64,000 bases of DNA from Candidatus Latescibacterota bacterium (GCA_965219385.1 CBDCNM010000002.1:468639-532638), one strand, 5' to 3'. Positions 28,419 to 39,118 are shown, counted from the first letter of the stretch. A program made the numbers and translations. Notes: generated by a model not told the origin, from the letters alone.

Positions 28419-29501
28419 ATGTACAGATCCGCCATCCTCGGCTGCGGCCCCCGGGCCCGAAGCCACGCCGAAGTCTATGCCGAAATCGACAACATGGAAC
28501 TGGTGGCCTGCTGCGATCTGGACCGGGAACGCCTCTCCGCCTTTGGCGAAAAATTCGCCATCACGAGCCGCTACACCGACTTCCGGCAGATGGTCGAAGC
28601 GGAAAAACCGGACGTGCTGCACCTGGTGACCCAGCCGAATTTTCGCCTCGAGGCCATCCAGGGTGCCGCCGAAGCAGGGGTAGCGGCCATCATCGTGGAA
28701 AAGCCCCTGTGCTTGTGGCCCATGGAAGCGGCGGAAATTAGCCAAGTCGCCACGAGCACCGGCTGCAAGGTGGTGGTCAATACCCAGCGGCGCTACTTCC
28801 CCCAGTACCCGGCCCTGCGCAAGCTGCTCCAATCCGGAACCTTGGGCGAGGTGGAGTTCGTCCGCGCCGGCACCTGGGGCGGGCCCCTGGCCATGGGGCC
28901 GCACCTGATGGACCTGGCCTTGATGGTGCTGGACGACGAAAATCCGGAGTCGGTCTGGGCCAGCGCCGAAGGCCTGGAAGGCTACGAGTGGAGCCACGCC
29001 GCCCCCAGCCACTTGATGGCTACCTACTGGCTGCCCGGCAACAGGCGGATCTTCTACGAGTGCTCGCCTCGGGGGCTGGGCAACCGGGGCGAGACCCGCT
29101 ACTGGATGCACCTGGACCTGGACATCTGGTGCACCCATGGCACGGCCTGGGCCCAGCAGTGCGGCACCTGGGGGTACCAGGTGCGCGGCGAGGCCCGGGC
29201 CGTGAGCGCTGCGGCCGACTGGGACACCCAGTCGGTCCAGGGCCAGCGCGACTTCACCGCCGCGGTCGCCACCTGGCTGGACCGCGAGGACAGGCCGCAC
29301 GAGTGCCGCCTGGAGACCGCCCTGCCGGTCATGTGGGCCATCTTCGCCGCGCTCAAATCCGCCCGCCTGGGCCACCAGATTTCCCTGCGGCCGCAAACCG
29401 GCTTCTTTCTCCGGGCCTCCCAACCGGGACGCCCCATCGAAGTACCGGCCGGCGTGACCGACAACGATCTCAAGGGCTTGAGGAACCACCTGACGCGCTA
29501 G
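28419..29501 (+). CDS. Gfo/Idh/MocA family oxidoreductase
   Basis: Motifs AILGCG.RA..HA, LVACCD, YTDFRQM...EKPD, IIVEKP and MGPHLMD. Confidence 0.88.
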   Translation: MYRSAILGCGPRARSHAEVYAEIDNMELVACCDLDRERLSAFGEKFAITSRYTDFRQMVEAEKPDVLHLVTQPNFRLEAIQGAAEAGVAAIIVEKPLCLWPMEAAEISQVATSTGCKVVVNTQRRYFPQYPALRKLLQSGTLGEVEFVRAGTWGGPLAMGPHLMDLALMVLDDENPESVWASAEGLEGYEWSHAAPSHLMATYWLPGNRRIFYECSPRGLGNRGETRYWMHLDLDIWCTHGTAWAQQCGTWGYQVRGEARAVSAAADWDTQSVQGQRDFTAAVATWLDREDRPHECRLETALPVMWAIFAALKSARLGHQISLRPQTGFFLRASQPGRPIEVPAGVTDNDLKGLRNHLTR

Positions 29502-29634
29502 TGCAGCCCGGCGAAAGCAAGTTCCAGGTTTTGCGCTCCAACATTCGAGATCAGACCGGAGAGGGCCCTGGCAACGCTTCGGCCCGGCCCTGGAAATCGA
29601 TCCATTGCACCTCGCAATCAGGAGAAGAACCATA

Positions 29635-30132
29635 GTGACAGAGAAAGAAAGCGATCCCATCTCGGCAAAGATGGCCGATTTGATGCGGGAAATCAGCCGC
29701 CTGACCTCCAGGGATTTTCCCCTGCAAGTCGGCGGCGCCCGGACCATGGACGAGATGGTCCGGGCCGGCCACTACGACGGAGTGCACTCGTTTGTCAACC
29801 AGGAGAAATTCCCGCTCGAGCCGCGCGCTCCGGTTGATGTAGTGATCGAACTGATCGATCTGGGCCGCATAGCCCCTTCCGCGGAGGCCCTGGAAGAATT
29901 CGCCCGGCGCGGGCTGCGCCGGCCGACCTGCGAAGAGGCGGTCTACTTCGGAGCCCGCTACCCCGACGCCCAGCGGCATCGGCCCATTGTCTGGCCGCAC
30001 GAACCCTATCAGCACGCCGACGGCCGCCGCCGCGTGTTCGTCCACTTTGGCGGCACCGGCTACCGCAGCCTGGATCTTTACATCGACAGTAGCTGGGGCG
30101 CGTACTGCCTCTTCGCCGGGGTGCGGGTTTAG
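29635..30132 (+). CDS. Hypothetical protein resembling a family common in CPR/Patescibacteria
   Basis: GTG 29635 follows AGGAGA. Pattern EMVRAGHYD.V...FP...RGLRRPT.EE...FGA.YPD.QR..PIV...DG.R.V......R.LDL....W...C.F.GVR. The family match is from recall and unverified. Confidence 0.6.
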   Translation: MTEKESDPISAKMADLMREISRLTSRDFPLQVGGARTMDEMVRAGHYDGVHSFVNQEKFPLEPRAPVDVVIELIDLGRIAPSAEALEEFARRGLRRPTCEEAVYFGARYPDAQRHRPIVWPHEPYQHADGRRRVFVHFGGTGYRSLDLYIDSSWGAYCLFAGVRV

Positions 30133-30170
30133 CACTACAAGAAGCTATTTACTTCAGGAGCGATCAATCC

Positions 30171-31325
30171 ATGCGCATCACTGCTGTAAAACCCTGTCCC
30201 GTCCGCATCGCCACCCGCAACCAGATGCTGGTCAAGGTGGAAACCGACGAGGGCATCTACGGCTGGGGCGAATCCGGTTTTATCGGCCGCGAAATGGCCG
30301 TGGCCGGCGCCGTGCGGCACTTTGGCCAATTTCTCGAAGGCCGCGACCCCATGCGCCGCGGCGCCCTCTGGCAGGAGCTCTACCGCTCGCAGTACTTCGA
30401 AGGAGGCCGCGTCCTCACCGCCGCCATCTCGGCGATCGATATCGCGCTGCACGATATCGCCGGCAAGAGCCTGGGGGTGCCGGTCTACCAGTTGCTCGGA
30501 GGCCGCCAGCGCGACTACGTGCCCTGCTTTGCCACGGTGCAGCGGCCGACCATGGAAGAAAACATCGCCGGCGCCAAACTGCTCCAGGGTCTGGGCTGGC
30601 AGGCCATCCGCCTGTGCTGGGTGAACCACGCCCCGGACGATCCCCTGCTCTTCGAGCCGCGCCAGTCCCTGGCCCCGACCGCGGAACTGCTCATCAAAAC
30701 CCGCGAGCGCCTGGGCCGGACACCAGTGCTCGGCGTCGAGTACCACCACCGCCTGAACGTGGCCGAGGCCGCGTCCTTTTGCCAGATGCTGCCGCCCGGT
30801 ACCATCGATTTCCTCGAGGAGCCCATCCGCGACGAAACCCCCGAAGCCTATGAGACCCTGCGCACCATGACCGAAGTGCCCTTTGCCATCGGCGAGGAGT
30901 TTTCCTCCAAGTGGCAATTCCTGCCCTACATCGAACGCGGCCTCACCAACTACGCCCGCATCGACGTGTGCAATGTCGGAGGTTTCACCGAGGCCATGAA
31001 GGTGGCCGGCTGGGCCGAGGCCCACTACATCGACCTGATGCCGCACAACCCCCTGGGCCCGGTCTGCGTGGCGGCCAGTGCGCACCTGGGCATGGCCGTG
31101 CCCAACTTCGCCTGGCTGGAGATCCGCGAGTCTCCCACCGAAGAAACCGGCCGCTACGATGCCGCAGTCTACCCGCTCCAGCCCGAGCGCCGGGACGACA
31201 AGGTCTTCCTGGGCGATGTCCCCGGTCTGGGAATAGAAGTGGACGAGGCCGCGCTGGAAGGAGAATTCAACCTTGTCGAGCCCCCACACCTGCACCGCGA
31301 GGACGGCTCGCACACCAACGCCTGA
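30171..31325 (+). CDS. Mandelate racemase/muconate lactonizing family, galactonate dehydratase-like
   Basis: Motifs VKVETDEGIYGWGE, AISAIDIALHDI.GK.LGVPVYQLLGG, FLEEP, AIGEE and PHNPLGP. Confidence 0.88.
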   Translation: MRITAVKPCPVRIATRNQMLVKVETDEGIYGWGESGFIGREMAVAGAVRHFGQFLEGRDPMRRGALWQELYRSQYFEGGRVLTAAISAIDIALHDIAGKSLGVPVYQLLGGRQRDYVPCFATVQRPTMEENIAGAKLLQGLGWQAIRLCWVNHAPDDPLLFEPRQSLAPTAELLIKTRERLGRTPVLGVEYHHRLNVAEAASFCQMLPPGTIDFLEEPIRDETPEAYETLRTMTEVPFAIGEEFSSKWQFLPYIERGLTNYARIDVCNVGGFTEAMKVAGWAEAHYIDLMPHNPLGPVCVAASAHLGMAVPNFAWLEIRESPTEETGRYDAAVYPLQPERRDDKVFLGDVPGLGIEVDEAALEGEFNLVEPPHLHREDGSHTNA

Positions 31326-31477
31326 AAAACCAATTAGCTTCTTCGTTCGGCACCGAACGAGATTATTGAGTGGAAGGAAATATTTGTGGAAGTGCGCCGG
31401 ACGAGGTCCCCCAAACAGGCGGCTCATCCGGCGCCTCAAAAGTATCGCCGCCCGAATCATACAGAAAGAGAGAAAAC

Positions 31478-32308
31478 ATGCCCATCACCAATGCGCTGCC
31501 CGAACTGGAGCGCTCGTTGGAATTCCATCCGGTGCGCAACCAGGCACCGCGCGCGCTGAGTCCCGGGCAGATCCAGCACTACAACGAATCGGGGTATATC
31601 TTTCCCTTAAATGTTTTCGCCGAGGACGAGGCCGCGGCCCATCGGGCTTATTTCGACACGCTCATGGAAGCCGCCGCTGCCAGGGGCTGGAACAGTTACT
31701 CGATCAACGGCTGGCAACACCATTGCGCCGGCATATACGATCTGGTCGTCGAACCGCGCATTCTCGCCTATGTCCAGGATTTGCTGGGAGAGGACCTGGT
31801 GTGCTGGGGGACGCATTACTTTTGCAAAATGCCCGGTGAAAGCAAGCGCGTCTCCTGGCACCAGGACGCCTCCTACTGGCCGCTGACCCCGAGTAAGACG
31901 GTCACGGTCTGGCTGGCCATCGACGATGCCGACGAGGAAAACGGCGCCATGCGGGTGGTCCCCGGTTCCCACGTCCACGGCCAGATCGCCTTTGCGCACA
32001 GCTCCGCCGAGGAGAACAACGTGCTCAGCCAATCGGTCCACGACGCCCGCCACTACGGGGGTGAGCCAGTGAGTTTCACCATGCGCGCCGGGCAGATCTC
32101 GCTGCACGCGGATTTGCTCCTGCACGGCTCCGCACCCAATCGCTCGACGCGGCGGCGCTGTGGTCTGACCATGCGCTTTGTGCCGCCCGATGTGCGCGCC
32201 TACAACGGCTGGAATCAACACGCGATTATATGCCAGGGCAGCGATCCGTCGGGCCACTGGACCCATTGTGCGCGGCCCGGGGGCGAGTGCGTTCCCGAGC
32301 GCTCTTAG
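31478..32308 (+). CDS. Phytanoyl-CoA dioxygenase (PhyH) family Fe(II)/2OG oxygenase
   Basis: Motifs WHQDASYW, VWLAIDDA.EENGAMRVVPGSH and LLHGS.PNRS..RR.G. Confidence 0.9.
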   Translation: MPITNALPELERSLEFHPVRNQAPRALSPGQIQHYNESGYIFPLNVFAEDEAAAHRAYFDTLMEAAAARGWNSYSINGWQHHCAGIYDLVVEPRILAYVQDLLGEDLVCWGTHYFCKMPGESKRVSWHQDASYWPLTPSKTVTVWLAIDDADEENGAMRVVPGSHVHGQIAFAHSSAEENNVLSQSVHDARHYGGEPVSFTMRAGQISLHADLLLHGSAPNRSTRRRCGLTMRFVPPDVRAYNGWNQHAIICQGSDPSGHWTHCARPGGECVPERS

Positions 32309-32552
32309 GCCGCCTTTTCGTTCGCGCTTTGGGCGCGCCAGAAATTTTAAGACGGCTTCCGAGGGCCGCTCGACTCGATAGATCTACCACCAGCATGTTG
32401 CCCCCGCCGCCCTTTGCCACGAGCCGGCCCCGACGGACTTGACACTCTCCCCGGGTTGTGACAAGTTTGGTGCTGCCTCCGCCCTTGATTTGCACAAAAT
32501 ATCCGACCCGCCGGCTCTGAACCGATTCGAACATCACAGGCGGAAGACCCGT

Positions 32553-34553
32553 GTGAATAAAGTGATTCCGCTGGCATTCTGGCAACACCTGAAACGCCGC
32601 CGCGTCTCGGCCCTGGAAGGAGAGCAGACCCAGGGCATCACCCTCAGGGCCGTGCTGGTCGGCGCCCTCCTGGCGCTGTTCATCGGGGCTGCCGTGCCCT
32701 ATACCAACATGATCATCAAGGGCACGGTCATGGCCCACAATTTCAGCACCCCGGCCGGTCTGTTCGCGTTCTTCGTATTCGTCGCCCTGATCAACGTGGC
32801 CCTGGGCCTGCTCGGACCCGGCTGCGCCCTGAACCGGTCCGAACTGGCGGTGGTCTATATCATGGCGATGCTGGCCACCTCCATCCCCACCATCGGCTTT
32901 ACCGAAAACCTGTTGCCGGTCATCGCCGGACTCTACTACTACGCCACCCCCGAAAACAGATGGGCCGAACTGATTCATCCTCACGTGCCCGAGTGGATCG
33001 CCCCTCAGGATCCGGACGCCGTCAAGTACTTCTACGAAGGCCTTCCCAAAGGCATGGCCCTGCCCTGGAGCGCCTGGGTCGAACCGGTTTTATACTGGTG
33101 TTTGTTCATCGTCTCGGTCTACTGGATATCCATCTGCCTGCTGACCATTCTGCGCCGGCAATGGGTAGAGCACGAAAAGCTGCTCTATCCGCTGGTCCAG
33201 GTGCCGCTGGAACTGATCCAGGAGGACAGCAGGGGCTCCCTCATCAAACCTTTCTGCAAAAACCGGGTCATGTGGATCGGCTTTGCCGTGCCCTTCTTCA
33301 TCGGCACCCTCAACGCCCTGCACGGATACTACTCGTTTTTCCCCACTCTCTACACCTTCACCGACACCAGTCTGTTCAGGAACACCACCTACCTGCGCTT
33401 CGATCTGAATATGGCCCTAGTCGGCTTTGCCTACCTGCTCAACCGCGATATGGCCCTGGGGTTCTGGGGGTTTTTCCTGCTGTCGACCCTGCAGCGCGGC
33501 GCCTTCAACATCATGGGCATCCAGAGTAACGAGCATCTGAGCCGCTTTGCCAATGCGGTCGGCCCGCACCTGGCGCACCAGGCCATGGGCGCCATGATCG
33601 TGCTGGTACTCTCCGGCATGTGGATAGCCCGCAGGCATCTGTGGGCGGTGTGCCGCAAGGCCTTCACAGGGGATACAACCGTCGACGACAGCGAGGAGGT
33701 CCTCTCCTACCGGACCGCGGTCTGGGGCCTGTTCGTCGGCCTGGCGGTGATGGGCGCCTGGCTGTGGCAATCCGGGTTGCCCCTGTGGGTTGTCCCGATT
33801 TTCCTTTTCGCCGTGTTCGCCATCTTCATGGCCATCACCCGGGCGGTGGTGGAAGGCGGCATCTCAATAGTCCGGACGCCTCTGACCCCGGCCGATTTCG
33901 TGGTTTCGGGTCTGGGCACCGGCGCCCTGGGCACCTCCGGCCTGGCCGGCCTGGCCTTCACCTACGTGTGGGCCGCCAATATCCGCATCTTCTTCACGCC
34001 CTGTTTCGCCAACGCCCTGAAGCTGGCCGAGGAGATCCGCGGCAACCGCAGAGGCCTACTGTGGGCCGTGGCCCTGACCGTGGTGGTGGCCATCATCGGT
34101 TCCATGTGGTCGGTCATGACCCTGTCCTACAAGTACGGCGGTATCAACCTCCACGGTTTCTGGTTCAAGGGCGTGCCGCACAATGCCTTCAGTTATGTCG
34201 CCCCCCTCTTCGCCAACCCGGTTCCGGCCAGCTGGGCCGGGTGGGGTTTTACCGGGGTGGGCGCGGGCTTGATGGGACTGCTGACCTATGTCAGGTACCG
34301 CTGCACGTGGTGGGCGCTGCACCCGCTGGGCTTTGCCACCGGCACCTTCAACATCATGAACTGGGTGTGGTTCAGCGTATTCGTGGCCTGGTTGTTGAAG
34401 ACGGTGATTCTCAAGTACGGCGGCTCTTCAGGGTACGCGCGGACAAAGCCGTTTTTTCTGGGCCTGATCCTGGGTCAGGTCTTTGTAGCCGGTATGTGGC
34501 TGGTCGTCGACTACTTCACCGGCAAGACCGGGAATGTCCTGGGGTATTTTTGA
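32553..34553 (+). CDS. DUF6785/DUF6784-like polytopic membrane protein (putative transporter), paralog 1
   Basis: Many TM helices. Motifs GITLRA, EL.VVYIM, LRRQW.EHEKL.YPL, R.V.EGG, HPLG and LKYGG...Y....PFFLGLILG. Confidence 0.75.
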   Translation: MNKVIPLAFWQHLKRRRVSALEGEQTQGITLRAVLVGALLALFIGAAVPYTNMIIKGTVMAHNFSTPAGLFAFFVFVALINVALGLLGPGCALNRSELAVVYIMAMLATSIPTIGFTENLLPVIAGLYYYATPENRWAELIHPHVPEWIAPQDPDAVKYFYEGLPKGMALPWSAWVEPVLYWCLFIVSVYWISICLLTILRRQWVEHEKLLYPLVQVPLELIQEDSRGSLIKPFCKNRVMWIGFAVPFFIGTLNALHGYYSFFPTLYTFTDTSLFRNTTYLRFDLNMALVGFAYLLNRDMALGFWGFFLLSTLQRGAFNIMGIQSNEHLSRFANAVGPHLAHQAMGAMIVLVLSGMWIARRHLWAVCRKAFTGDTTVDDSEEVLSYRTAVWGLFVGLAVMGAWLWQSGLPLWVVPIFLFAVFAIFMAITRAVVEGGISIVRTPLTPADFVVSGLGTGALGTSGLAGLAFTYVWAANIRIFFTPCFANALKLAEEIRGNRRGLLWAVALTVVVAIIGSMWSVMTLSYKYGGINLHGFWFKGVPHNAFSYVAPLFANPVPASWAGWGFTGVGAGLMGLLTYVRYRCTWWALHPLGFATGTFNIMNWVWFSVFVAWLLKTVILKYGGSSGYARTKPFFLGLILGQVFVAGMWLVVDYFTGKTGNVLGYF

Positions 34554-34601
34554 GCTCTGACCCGTCGGGAAGGGCGAGAATTAACCGTTCCTGGACACGT
34601 T

Positions 34602-36494
34602 CTAGTAGGCTGCGTATATCGTCCCAATCTGCTCGTCCTTCTCTTCATCGGCGTCCACGACGACGCGGTAGAGGTATACCCCAGGGGCCACCACCTGCCC
34701 GGACGCATTGGTCCCGTCCCACGCCTGCAGGTGCCGGCCCACCTCGCCCGCCCCCGGGTAGGAGCGCACCAAGCCGCCGGCCAGGTCGCGGATCTCGATG
34801 TCCACGGCCACCGCATGGATGGTCTCGAAAATATCGTAGGACAGGTCAACCGTGTCGTTGACCCCGTCTCCGTTGGGGGTGAAGACCCTGGTGGCAGCGC
34901 TCACCGTTAGCAACGCGCCCCGGTCCGCCGTGGTCTCGACCGTGACCCGGTCGCCCTCCACTCGGTCCGTGGCGTTGCCGGGACTGACCTGTTGCGGCAC
35001 TTCGAGCGGTATGGCGCTGTGGAAGACCCGGGCGTTGAAGCTGGTGCCAAAGCGGAATATCGCGGCCGAGAAGTCCACCTCGATCGGGATGCCGGTGTCC
35101 TGCTGCTTCAGGGTGCGGAAGCCGATGACCAGGCGGTCGTCTTCCACCGTGCTGGTGAAATCCAGGACCTCTTCCTCGTTGATGCGCACGGCCTCAATGG
35201 AGAGGAAGCGGGCGGAAGAGGAGGTCAGTTCGAGGTGGTCGAAGCCGGTGTTTTGCGTTTCCAGGGTCGGCCTGAGGGTATAGGTGAACTGCGTGGTCTG
35301 CCCCAGATCCGCCACCGTGGGCGCGATCTCGCCCAGCAACGCGGAGGCTGCGGGCGGGGACGAGGCCCGGAACTCCAGAAAGTCCACCCCACCGCCGGCG
35401 TCACCGCCGCCCAGAAAGTCGACCTTGAACTGCAAAAAACGCCGCGGCCCCAGCGAGGTGATGGCCGTGCCGGCGCTGTCGGCAAACGCGTACGGGGCCG
35501 ACCACAAGGTCCAGTTGTCCAGGTCGTAGGTGGTGCCCGCCTGCTCCCCCTGCCCGAGCCGGTTGTATTGGCTGCGGCTTATCTGGACTCGCTGATCGCC
35601 CCAGCCGGTGCGCTGCCAGTAGAGGGTGGGGTCGTCGTCGGTGCCGCTGCGGGTCTGGATGAGCACCTGGGCGCCCGGGTCTATGTTCCCGGTCCACCGG
35701 AGATCCCCCCAGGCGGCCGGCTCGTCGAACTCTATCCGGTTGGATACGTAGGTACCCCGCTCGACAAAACCGCGGGCGAACACCTCGATCTCCTGAATCT
35801 CCCACGGGGTATTGTGCTCCCCGACCGCCACCTGCATGAAACGGACCGGCTGGGACGGCACCTCGACTACCAGGCTGTCCTTGCGGTTGTCGCGTACCTC
35901 GATGAAGGGGCTTAGAGGACCTATGAACAACTGGATGCCAATGTCGGGCACCACGGGGGCGAGATGGAAGCGGATATTCCGCACCGTGGTGCCCGGGTTT
36001 TGGCGTCCAGAGAAAACTACGATGCGATCGAGAGGGAAGGTGGCGCCGAGAGCGAACTGAAGGGTCCCTGTGCTTCCGTAGTCGGCAGTGCAGCTGAAGT
36101 AGCGGGTAAATTCCGCACAGATGTACAGGGGCACGAGCCACGAAGTGCTGTGGTCGCCGTCAAACGCCACGGCGGTGCCCACGCCCGAAGGGGCCATCCA
36201 AGCATCCTCTCTATCTATCCACCCCGGCGCGATGTTGACGTTGGGGTCGTAGCTCAAGAGGCTGAGGACGCCGGCCTTCAGCTCCGCTTGGAAGGTGTCG
36301 CCGCCCTCCTCGGCGGTTGCCTCCCAGGGGAGTTGGTTAAAATCCACCCCCGGGCTGTTGATCTCGGGCGGAGGAGGCAGGCCCTCACCGCCGAGGCGGT
36401 AGATGACGAGGCCGGCGCTGTTTTCCGGTGTCCACACAAGGGTCCAGACCACCATCCACAGAACCACATTCAAGCTGCGATTGATCAGGGCCAT
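34602..36494 (-). CDS. Secreted protein with discoidin-like N-terminal region and FlgD/CHU_C-type CTD (type B, copy 1)
   Basis: Signal peptide, AFDGD..T.W, QTRSG.DDDP and FTPNGDGVND...WDG....G..V.PGVYLYR...YAAY. ATG 36494 follows GAGGAGG. Confidence 0.75.
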   Translation of the reverse strand: MALINRSLNVVLWMVVWTLVWTPENSAGLVIYRLGGEGLPPPPEINSPGVDFNQLPWEATAEEGGDTFQAELKAGVLSLLSYDPNVNIAPGWIDREDAWMAPSGVGTAVAFDGDHSTSWLVPLYICAEFTRYFSCTADYGSTGTLQFALGATFPLDRIVVFSGRQNPGTTVRNIRFHLAPVVPDIGIQLFIGPLSPFIEVRDNRKDSLVVEVPSQPVRFMQVAVGEHNTPWEIQEIEVFARGFVERGTYVSNRIEFDEPAAWGDLRWTGNIDPGAQVLIQTRSGTDDDPTLYWQRTGWGDQRVQISRSQYNRLGQGEQAGTTYDLDNWTLWSAPYAFADSAGTAITSLGPRRFLQFKVDFLGGGDAGGGVDFLEFRASSPPAASALLGEIAPTVADLGQTTQFTYTLRPTLETQNTGFDHLELTSSSARFLSIEAVRINEEEVLDFTSTVEDDRLVIGFRTLKQQDTGIPIEVDFSAAIFRFGTSFNARVFHSAIPLEVPQQVSPGNATDRVEGDRVTVETTADRGALLTVSAATRVFTPNGDGVNDTVDLSYDIFETIHAVAVDIEIRDLAGGLVRSYPGAGEVGRHLQAWDGTNASGQVVAPGVYLYRVVVDADEEKDEQIGTIYAAY

Positions 36495-36509
36495 GGCCCG
36501 CAAGCCTCC

Positions 36510-39056
36510 TCAATACGCCACGTGAACCAGCCGCTCCACCGAAGCCTGGGCCGCCGCATCCGCGTCGACCTCGACCTGGATGCGGGCCAGGTAAATCCCC
36601 GGAGGCACCAGCTGCCCCGAGTCGTCTTCCCCGGACCAGGGGATGACGTAGTCCCCCCGTGGGTCGGCGCGGCGCTCCACCAGCTCCCGAATCTCAGCAC
36701 CGCTCAGATCGTGTATGGTCACGCGCACGGCCTTGTCGGCGCTGAGCCGGCCGACGCTGAAATTGAAGGTCGTCCTGTCGTTGACGCCGTCGTTGTTGGG
36801 AGTCATCATCCCGGAATCGAGGCGCACGTCTCCCAGGATCTGGTTCTGACCCAGGGCCACCACCGTGGTGGTCTGGCTGTTGACCAGATCCGTGGCCTCG
36901 CCCCCGTCCACCCGCTGCCAGAAACCGGGTGCATCCGAGGCCTGCACCGCGCCGCTGAACGAGGCGCTGTTGGCGAAGAAGGTCGAACTGAACCGCACCT
37001 CGACCAGGTCCACCCCCCGGCTGACGGCCTCGGGCAGGCGAAACCAGAGGGTGTCGGGAGCCTGGCTGAGCAAGACCAAGTCAGCGGGACGAAAAACATC
37101 AAAGCTCTGGTTTTCAGGGGCAAAGTCCGCGTCGCGGCCCCGGCGCACTTCGGCCAGGGCCAGGGAGGCCCTGGCCGTGGCGGCGATCCGGATCTCGTCA
37201 AAATCCTGGGTGGAGCGGCTGAAGGAAGGCCGCAGGAAAAAGGAGAACTCCTCGGCCTGGCCAATGGCCTGGACCCGGTTGGGAAAGACCTCGCCCACCA
37301 GCCGGTCGGCGACCGGATCGGCCAGCTCCACCTGGATGGAGTTCAAGGTGGTGCTCGCTTCGGGACTATCGGACAGGATCGCCGCCCGGATCTCCATGAA
37401 CTCCCGGGGGCTGGGCGACTGGATGGCCTCCCCCGAGCGGCGGTGGGGCGGACTCCAGGGGCTCCAGTCGCCCCCTGCTTTAAAGGTACTGGTGATCTCT
37501 CCCTGTTTTTGCTTGGGGAGTCTGTTGTATCGCGCCTCGGTGACGATATTGCCTTTGTTGTCGTGGTAGATCTTTTCTTCGTCCAGGGTATTGCCGGTCC
37601 GGGTCTGCAGCTGAACCCGGGATCCCGGCACGTCGTCGGCTTCCCAGTGCAGGGCGATGAGATTCTTGCGGTTGCCCAGGTCGATCAGCCCCGAGCTCAG
37701 GGCCACCTCGGGAACGTAGCCTTCGCCGTAGAGCATCACATCGGTGATAGCCACACGGGTGGTCCATTGGGCGACCCCATAGTGAAATCCCTGGCCACCG
37801 AACCCGAACCCGTGCGGGATGCGGAGGAAGCGGACCTTGACAGGATCTATCTTGATCTCGCGGTACCTCACATTCTCGATGCTGGACGCCACCCGGGTCC
37901 ACTTGATGCTGCCGTCGGGCGCCCGGGTCCCATCCGAAACATCCACGAAGACGTTTTCCAGGGGTGTTGCCCCATCCATCAGGAAGTGCATGGTGTCGAT
38001 CCAGAAGAGCGCGCCCAGATCCTCGAAGAAGTCGTAGAGAACACTCGGATATATTAAAACGTCGTGCCCGGTCTTATAGCTTCCGTCTGTGACTATGCTG
38101 CCCAACGGCTGCAGACCGGAATGGGTCTCCGATTCCACCAGGCCCCCGCGTTCCGGGGTGCCGAAATTGATGTTATCCCCCGCTGTCCACACCTCGATCT
38201 CGGCCAGGCGCGGCTGCTCCCTGCGAAAGTATTTTATCTCCCCTTGCTGATCGGCCTCGATGGCTTCGTAAACCTCCCTGGAGATCAAGGCCTGACGGCC
38301 GGATGGACTCTTCCTGTAGTACTCCACCACCCCTCTGCGCTCGTCGGGCAGAGCCTCGTAGGCCTGTTGAGCAACCTGGACCGCACGATCAAAGTCGCTG
38401 TCCGTGACCCGGACCAGGACCTGCTCGAGGGGATCGCCCTCGAAAAGGGCGTTGGCTGGTTCCGTGGTCGGCGGCACAAACTCGAAGACCCGCTGGTCCT
38501 TGTTGGGCCGGTCGGTCGAGCCGATCTCCCAGAAATTCGGCGTGTCCGTACCCAGGAGGGTGTATTTGCGTAAGGTACGGCGCACAGGAGGGTTGCGCCA
38601 GACCAGCACTTTGAACTGGAGAAAGGGATCCCCCTCGCCTTGGGTGGCAAAGCGCAGCACGACCTTCGAAACCACCACGGTGCGGCCGAGATTCAGCATA
38701 ACCCACCAGTCCTCCGGGGGCCGGTCCAGGTCGGGGCCCCAGAAGGTGGCCATATCCCCATCAATCAGGTTGCGGCCCTCCGCCTGGTTGGAACCGACCT
38801 GGATCCCGCCTTCTCCACTGGCGGAGAACTGCTCTGCGTCCAGAGCGGCATTGATGTTTTTGCGGATGAATTGGGCCCTGACGCCCTGCGATGAAATATC
38901 GACCAGCCCTCCTGCCGTCTTCCAGGCCTCCCACTGGGCGCGCCGGTCGACCACGAGCTGGTTGCCACTGATCCTGTAGGCTTGCTGAGCCTCAAGGGGA
39001 AGAGAGGACAGCAAGAGCAGGAAAAAAAGTGAAAAAACAACACCCCGCCGAGTCAT
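36510..39056 (-). CDS. Secreted protein with FlgD/CHU_C-type CTD (type A, copy 1)
   Basis: Start MTRRGVVF after AGGAGG, signal peptide ending LEA, NLIDGD..TFW, WSPWS, and MTPNNDGVND...VPPGIY...VHVAY. Confidence 0.75.
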   Translation of the reverse strand: MTRRGVVFSLFFLLLLSSLPLEAQQAYRISGNQLVVDRRAQWEAWKTAGGLVDISSQGVRAQFIRKNINAALDAEQFSASGEGGIQVGSNQAEGRNLIDGDMATFWGPDLDRPPEDWWVMLNLGRTVVVSKVVLRFATQGEGDPFLQFKVLVWRNPPVRRTLRKYTLLGTDTPNFWEIGSTDRPNKDQRVFEFVPPTTEPANALFEGDPLEQVLVRVTDSDFDRAVQVAQQAYEALPDERRGVVEYYRKSPSGRQALISREVYEAIEADQQGEIKYFRREQPRLAEIEVWTAGDNINFGTPERGGLVESETHSGLQPLGSIVTDGSYKTGHDVLIYPSVLYDFFEDLGALFWIDTMHFLMDGATPLENVFVDVSDGTRAPDGSIKWTRVASSIENVRYREIKIDPVKVRFLRIPHGFGFGGQGFHYGVAQWTTRVAITDVMLYGEGYVPEVALSSGLIDLGNRKNLIALHWEADDVPGSRVQLQTRTGNTLDEEKIYHDNKGNIVTEARYNRLPKQKQGEITSTFKAGGDWSPWSPPHRRSGEAIQSPSPREFMEIRAAILSDSPEASTTLNSIQVELADPVADRLVGEVFPNRVQAIGQAEEFSFFLRPSFSRSTQDFDEIRIAATARASLALAEVRRGRDADFAPENQSFDVFRPADLVLLSQAPDTLWFRLPEAVSRGVDLVEVRFSSTFFANSASFSGAVQASDAPGFWQRVDGGEATDLVNSQTTTVVALGQNQILGDVRLDSGMMTPNNDGVNDRTTFNFSVGRLSADKAVRVTIHDLSGAEIRELVERRADPRGDYVIPWSGEDDSGQLVPPGIYLARIQVEVDADAAAQASVERLVHVAY

Positions 39057-39087
39057 GCCGAGACCTCCTGTTTTTTTCTTCCTGTAC

Positions 39088-39118
39088 AAAAGTGGGGGGA
39101 TAAGCTATATCCCCCCAC
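39088..39118 (-). terminator. Hairpin plus U-tract upstream of type A gene copy 1
   Basis: Minus strand GTGGGGGGAT-loop-ATCCCCCCAC-TTTT. Confidence 0.5.

Noticed and set aside
28248..29747. N-terminal 500 aa of the 1107-aa ORF (and the reciprocal 26754-28418 extension of the 915-aa ORF)
   Set aside because: These are antisense shadows of the two divergent real genes in high-GC DNA. RBS or motif evidence supports starts at 28247 and 28419.
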